Source of the DNA: Sulfurospirillaceae bacterium | GTDB taxonomy: Bacteria > Campylobacterota > Campylobacteria > Campylobacterales > Sulfurospirillaceae | Assembly (NCBI GenBank): GCA_033723415.1 | Contig: JAWVXD010000002.1 | Location: 96,001-160,000, forward strand | DNA: 64,000 nucleotides | Direction of reading: 5' to 3' | Shown: positions 59,682 to 64,000 of the stretch, in pieces | Layout: every line of letters begins with the position of its first letter | How positions within the stretch are numbered: position 1 is the stretch's first letter | Made by a program: the position numbers and the translations under genes | The notes under the pieces: model-generated | Databases searched by the model: none | The model's input: only the letters and a program-made list of their open reading frames with translations | What the model was told of the DNA's origin: nothing

Positions 59682-61061
59682 ATGAGTGCAAAAATATTTA
59701 TAGTTGATACTAACATAATCCTTCAAGGTCTTCACAATATAACTAATTTGTCTGAAAGCGGTAAAAATATTATCGTAATAGCAGAAACAGTTTTGATCGA
59801 AGTTGAAAATAAAAAGAAACTACTTGATGATGTAGGCTACAATGCAAGAGAATTTGCAAGATTCTTAGCAAATGCCGAAGTTAAGAAAATAGAGCAAAAT
59901 AATGGCTTTAAAGTAGTTAGAATGTCAAATGACGACATCATTATAGACATCATTTCCAAAGATCATTACGAAACACAAATCTCAAACAGTAATATGGCAG
60001 AAAGCAATGATAAAAGGATCATCGAAGTAGCTGAACTTGCCAAACATTACTACAAAAATCACAAAGTGACATTCTTGTCTATAGATGTCTATGCTAGGAT
60101 ATTTGCCCTTTTAAAAGAAGTATCTACAGAAACTCTGAGAGAAGACAGAGCAGAAGTACCAAAGATAGAATTATTTAAAAAAATCCAAGTCGATCAAGAA
60201 ACATTGGATCGATTAAATGACAGAGATATAGAACTTATAGACAGTGAATATCAAAGCTGCAATAAAAGTTACGAATTCTCAACAATAGAAGGCAAGAAAG
60301 AGTATGGGATTATACACAACAAAAGAATTTTATTACATACAAAAAATGATTTTACAGGTTTCAAAGTCAAGCCTGTAAATATAAATCAAAAACTACTTAT
60401 GAAAGCAATAACGAGCAATCTTTATGATCTTATAGTCGTTGATGCAAAAGCAGGAAGCGGGAAAACTCTTTTATCTGTATACGGTGCTATGAAACTTATA
60501 TCCCAAGGATTATATGACAAGATCGTTTATACAAGAAATTCTATTGAAAGTTTGGATAAAGGTGCTGATATAGGATATCTTTCAGGAAATGAAGAAAAAT
60601 TTCGTGTTTATAACATGGCTCTTTATGATACCTTGGAATTTATCGCAAAATTTATGTTAAAAAAACAAGATGCCACAGAAAATGTAGATATCATTAAAAC
60701 AAAAGTCGAAGAATTAATGATTAAATACCGTATAGAAAAGCTCTGGCCCGGCGAAGCTAGAGGAAGAACGCTAAGCAATGCTATCGTGATCTTAGATGAG
60801 TGGCAAAACAGCTCTCAAAGTACGACTCAACTAATATTATCAAGACTAGATAACAGCTGTATGGCGATTGTAATAGGCTCAAATAGACAAATAGATAACT
60901 TATATCTTAATAAATATAACAATGGATTGACAAGTCTTATAAAGCAAACTCAGCATCCAACAAAAGAACTTAGTATATTTGCGATAGATCTACAAACTGC
61001 CGTTCGTGGAAAATTTGCAGAATTTAGCGAAAGAATATATGAGAATAAAGCAAGAAACTAA
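59682..61061 (+). CDS. phoH: PIN-PhoH (PhoH2-type) protein
   Basis: N-terminal PIN domain (IVDTNII...E...ND...D) plus AKAGSGKT, IGYLSG...EK, RGRTL and DEWQN; start set to ATG 59682. Confidence 0.9.
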   Translation: MSAKIFIVDTNIILQGLHNITNLSESGKNIIVIAETVLIEVENKKKLLDDVGYNAREFARFLANAEVKKIEQNNGFKVVRMSNDDIIIDIISKDHYETQISNSNMAESNDKRIIEVAELAKHYYKNHKVTFLSIDVYARIFALLKEVSTETLREDRAEVPKIELFKKIQVDQETLDRLNDRDIELIDSEYQSCNKSYEFSTIEGKKEYGIIHNKRILLHTKNDFTGFKVKPVNINQKLLMKAITSNLYDLIVVDAKAGSGKTLLSVYGAMKLISQGLYDKIVYTRNSIESLDKGADIGYLSGNEEKFRVYNMALYDTLEFIAKFMLKKQDATENVDIIKTKVEELMIKYRIEKLWPGEARGRTLSNAIVILDEWQNSSQSTTQLILSRLDNSCMAIVIGSNRQIDNLYLNKYNNGLTSLIKQTQHPTKELSIFAIDLQTAVRGKFAEFSERIYENKARN

Positions 61062-62182
61062 ACTTTATAGTTTTGTAACTCCAATTTTAACTCTTCAATT
61101 ATACTCTTCTGTCTTTTCTTGATATAATCTAATATACGAGTCAAATTTTCTTGATCGGGAAAAATCTTTAAGCAATACCTATATGAGTTATCATATTCGA
61201 TTATATTGACTATTTCACCTTTTGTTTCCAGCTTACAAACTTTGCACTTTTTATTTGGTTCATCAAGCAATAATGAGACAAAAACCTGAGCTCCTACATA
61301 AAATCCTGTATTCTCGTTACTTATAAAACCCAGACCGTTTTGAGACAAATCATATAAATTACCTCTCACCTGCTCGCTTTCACTGCCATGTAAAGATACT
61401 TGAGCTAGCATATCAGGATAAATTCTCATAAATTCTCGATTGACAGCAGGCATATTTAGAAGATACACAAAATTAGTAAGAGTCACTGTATGATCATAAA
61501 AATTGATATATTCTACATCGGCCTTGACATGCCTTGGTAAATACTCATTTTGTATAATATGAGCAGCCCCTTTTAATTTCATAGCTATTTCTTGAAATTC
61601 GTTTGTAACTTTGAAAACCACCCTGTTGTCGCCGATATCTATAATCTTTCCTTCATGACTAATAGGCATACCCTGATAAAGATTCATAAACGTAACAGTT
61701 TTCTTTTCATCTCTCATATGACTTAATATCTCAACTATATTATTTTTGGTGATGATTATATTATCATGAGAAAAATTTACTTTAGAATTTACAGTAAAGG
61801 TTCTTTCTCTTATCGCTTTTTCAAATAGATATGAAAACTTGCTGAGGTGGTGTATACACATAGATAAATATTCAAAATTATTTTTTGGATTTTCACGTAA
61901 GAAGATAGAGTAGTGTTCCAATACATACAGTAAACTTTTATTTAACAAAAAGTTTGGTAAATGGCATTGTCCTGTTGCATTTAAAAATATTTCAAGACTT
62001 TCATCTCTGATTTGAATGTCTTCTTTAATCATGTTTGCCAAGATATCCATTCCTAAAACTTCACACTTCTCAGCCGTAATTGCATAATAATACATTTCAC
62101 ACTGAGATCTTAAAAATTTTAGAAACTCTTTTTCAAAATTATTTACAAATACCTTGAAGCTGTATACGAAAGAATTTGTCAT
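61058..62182 (-). CDS. PilZ-domain c-di-GMP effector protein
   Basis: C-terminal REFMR (RxxxR) and DLSQNG (DxSxxG) motifs, preceded by a probable PilZN-like domain and a helical N-terminus. Confidence 0.85.
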   Translation of the reverse strand: MTNSFVYSFKVFVNNFEKEFLKFLRSQCEMYYYAITAEKCEVLGMDILANMIKEDIQIRDESLEIFLNATGQCHLPNFLLNKSLLYVLEHYSIFLRENPKNNFEYLSMCIHHLSKFSYLFEKAIRERTFTVNSKVNFSHDNIIITKNNIVEILSHMRDEKKTVTFMNLYQGMPISHEGKIIDIGDNRVVFKVTNEFQEIAMKLKGAAHIIQNEYLPRHVKADVEYINFYDHTVTLTNFVYLLNMPAVNREFMRIYPDMLAQVSLHGSESEQVRGNLYDLSQNGLGFISNENTGFYVGAQVFVSLLLDEPNKKCKVCKLETKGEIVNIIEYDNSYRYCLKIFPDQENLTRILDYIKKRQKSIIEELKLELQNYKV

Positions 62183-62216
62183 TTATATACTCACTATATT
62201 GTTTTTATAGACTTAG

Positions 62217-63083
62217 CTAACATATTTTTACTATCTTATCTAAATCTAAATTAATTTTTGTACCTTTTCCTAGCTTTGATTCAATTTTAATGAGAATTTT
62301 ATTTTCATCACAAAAAGCTTTTACAATGCTAAGCCCTATACCGAAACCATCTTTTTTATTTTTACCTTGATAATACCTATCAAATATCATAAACAATTCA
62401 GACTCACTCATACCAATTCCACTGTCTTCAATTATCAAATTATTATCTTTTGTATAAATTGATATATCATTATCGTCTCTATTATATTTCAATGAATTTA
62501 GTATAATATTCCCAATTACCTTAGAAAACCATCTTTTATCGGTAAAAAGTTGTAAATTATTTATATCTTGATTGATACGAACATTTGGATATAGTATTTC
62601 ATATTTTTCAATCTCTTCTTTTAATAGTTTATCTAAAAAAAATGTCTCTCTAACTTCGTTTTTAGTCTCTTTTTTTATGTAATAATCTATATCCTCATAA
62701 AGCTTATATAATTCATCGCAAGCAAGATTTACTCTCTCTAGTTTTTTGAGATTTTTCTCATTCTGCTCTTGCATTTTTAACATTTGTGTATTAGCCTTTA
62801 TGACAGATAACGGAATATTTAATTCATGCAAAGTATCTTTAAGAAGAAGTTTTAAAAGATTATTCGTCTTAAAAAATTTCGATAACAAAAAAATTGATAA
62901 ATAATAACTAAATGCCATTATAACCAAACAATAGACAATAATTATAGCAACTTTAAACTTTGCAAAAATATCAAGCTTTGCAAGAAACCATAAACCAAAA
63001 GAGAGCAAAAGAGTAAATAAAAATATCAAAAAAGTATTGAGAAATAAAAGTTTTTTATCTCTATTTTTCAAATCTGTACCCAA
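62217..63083 (-). CDS. Sensor histidine kinase
   Basis: Two closely spaced TM helices, H-box LHELNIPL, NSLKY, DSGIG and GFGIGL. Confidence 0.94.
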   Translation of the reverse strand: MGTDLKNRDKKLLFLNTFLIFLFTLLLSFGLWFLAKLDIFAKFKVAIIIVYCLVIMAFSYYLSIFLLSKFFKTNNLLKLLLKDTLHELNIPLSVIKANTQMLKMQEQNEKNLKKLERVNLACDELYKLYEDIDYYIKKETKNEVRETFFLDKLLKEEIEKYEILYPNVRINQDINNLQLFTDKRWFSKVIGNIILNSLKYNRDDNDISIYTKDNNLIIEDSGIGMSESELFMIFDRYYQGKNKKDGFGIGLSIVKAFCDENKILIKIESKLGKGTKINLDLDKIVKIC

Positions 63084-63720
63084 TTCCTCTTATATTTGAT
63101 ATGGAATCTTTCCCGAATATTTTTTTGAGATTAGTCACATAGACACGTATTGAGCCTATATTTGCTTCTTCGTTTTTCCAAAGCGTATCTATTATCATCT
63201 CAGTCGTAACAACTTTGCCTCTGTCTTCTGCTAATAAGCACAGAAGCTGAAAATCTTTGAGATTTATATCCAGTTCAATACCGTTTTTGAACACTCTTTT
63301 TCTATCAAGATCAATTGTGAAATTTTTGTCTATGGTCAAAAGTTTTCTTTTTTTGTGCATCCTCTCTAAAATCGCCTTTACCCGTAAAAGAAGTTCATCC
63401 AAATCAAAAGGCTTCTTGATATAATCATCTCCGCCAAGATTGAAACCTTTTGATAAACTCTCTTTATCGGTAAGTGAGGTCAAAAAGATTGCAGGAGTAG
63501 TATTTCCTGAATCTCTTAAGCTTTTTAAGAACTCAAATCCATTTATATCGGGGACTTTGACATCCAGTAAAAACAGATCAAAACTTTCATTATAAGAGAC
63601 ATTCAATGCATCTAAACCTTTTGGTACTGCTGTAACGATATAGCCGTTCTCGCTTAAGAACTCTTCTATAGTTTCTAAAAGCAAAAGATTGTCTTCCAAT
63701 ACTAAAATTTTATAAGACAC
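63061..63720 (-). CDS. OmpR-family response regulator
   Basis: [22 protein letters not shown] and winged helix ending IRGIGYRF. Confidence 0.95.
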   Translation of the reverse strand: MSYKILVLEDNLLLLETIEEFLSENGYIVTAVPKGLDALNVSYNESFDLFLLDVKVPDINGFEFLKSLRDSGNTTPAIFLTSLTDKESLSKGFNLGGDDYIKKPFDLDELLLRVKAILERMHKKRKLLTIDKNFTIDLDRKRVFKNGIELDINLKDFQLLCLLAEDRGKVVTTEMIIDTLWKNEEANIGSIRVYVTNLKKIFGKDSISNIRGIGYRFEK

Positions 63721-64000
63721 TTTTTATACTCCATAAAATCTTTAAACCTGCGAACATAGGAACTACATTTTCATAAGACTCAGGAACAAGAAATGGTTTT
63801 TTTTCTAATACAACTTCTTTTTCTATAGGCTCGTAATTATAGATATTTTTTGCATTATCGCTAATAAAGGGCTGCAAATTTTCTAAGACCCCGTGCTTTT
63901 CAAAAAGCTCGGCTAAAGCTTGCAATGCAATAGGAGCTGTAAATATACCGGCAGCACAGCCGCAACTCTCTTTCTTGCTTATCGGATGAGGAGCTGAATC
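63710..64000 (-). CDS. pyrC: Dihydroorotase, C-terminal part (runs off the window end)
   Basis: Own translation from the window edge: [34 protein letters not shown], a type II PyrC motif. Confidence 0.93.
   Translation of the reverse strand, partial: DSAPHPISKKESCGCAAGIFTAPIALQALAELFEKHGVLENLQPFISDNAKNIYNYEPIEKEVVLEKKPFLVPESYENVVPMFAGLKILWSIKSVL

Noticed and set aside
1..64000. tRNA, rRNA, CRISPR array, transposase, prophage or defence island
   Set aside because: No cloverleaf or rRNA signatures, regularly spaced repeats or mobility genes were seen; all intergenic gaps over about 100 bp were read by eye.

Overview
AT-rich, gene-dense core-chromosome segment of a free-living Campylobacterota (Epsilonproteobacteria) bacterium, most likely Sulfurospirillum-like. 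This is inferred from the epsilon-type complex I and from a trxB-trxA-yraN-hom...rpmE-rsmE-moaA...mqnP-miaA gene order that follows the one I recall for Campylobacter jejuni. The window holds about 60 CDS: thiol-redox genes (bcp, trxC, trxA, trxB), amino-acid and purine biosynthesis, rRNA/tRNA modification, flagellar motor genes (motAB, probable flgX/flgW, pflA), a complete 14-gene nuo operon with NuoX/NuoY in place of NADH-binding NuoE/F, fadL-fadD, a polar amino-acid ABC transporter, c-di-GMP proteins and a two-component system. I saw no rRNA, tRNA, CRISPR array, transposase or prophage. The most interesting signals are intergenic. (1) A 116-bp structured insert between nuoB and nuoC is flanked by a GTATAATGA direct repeat and encodes a 38-aa ORF coupled by TAATG overlaps at both ends; a diverged relative lies between ilvE and the SPFH gene. 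(2) A Pho-box-like element sits at canonical spacing ahead of an apparently leaderless PlcP-like phosphoesterase plus patatin operon, divergent from PIN-PhoH. (3) A multi-stem candidate RNA leader precedes rpmE. (4) A PBP-PAS-PAS-GGDEF-EAL-CZB enzyme lies next to pflA. All calls were made by eye; no database searches or folding programs were run.
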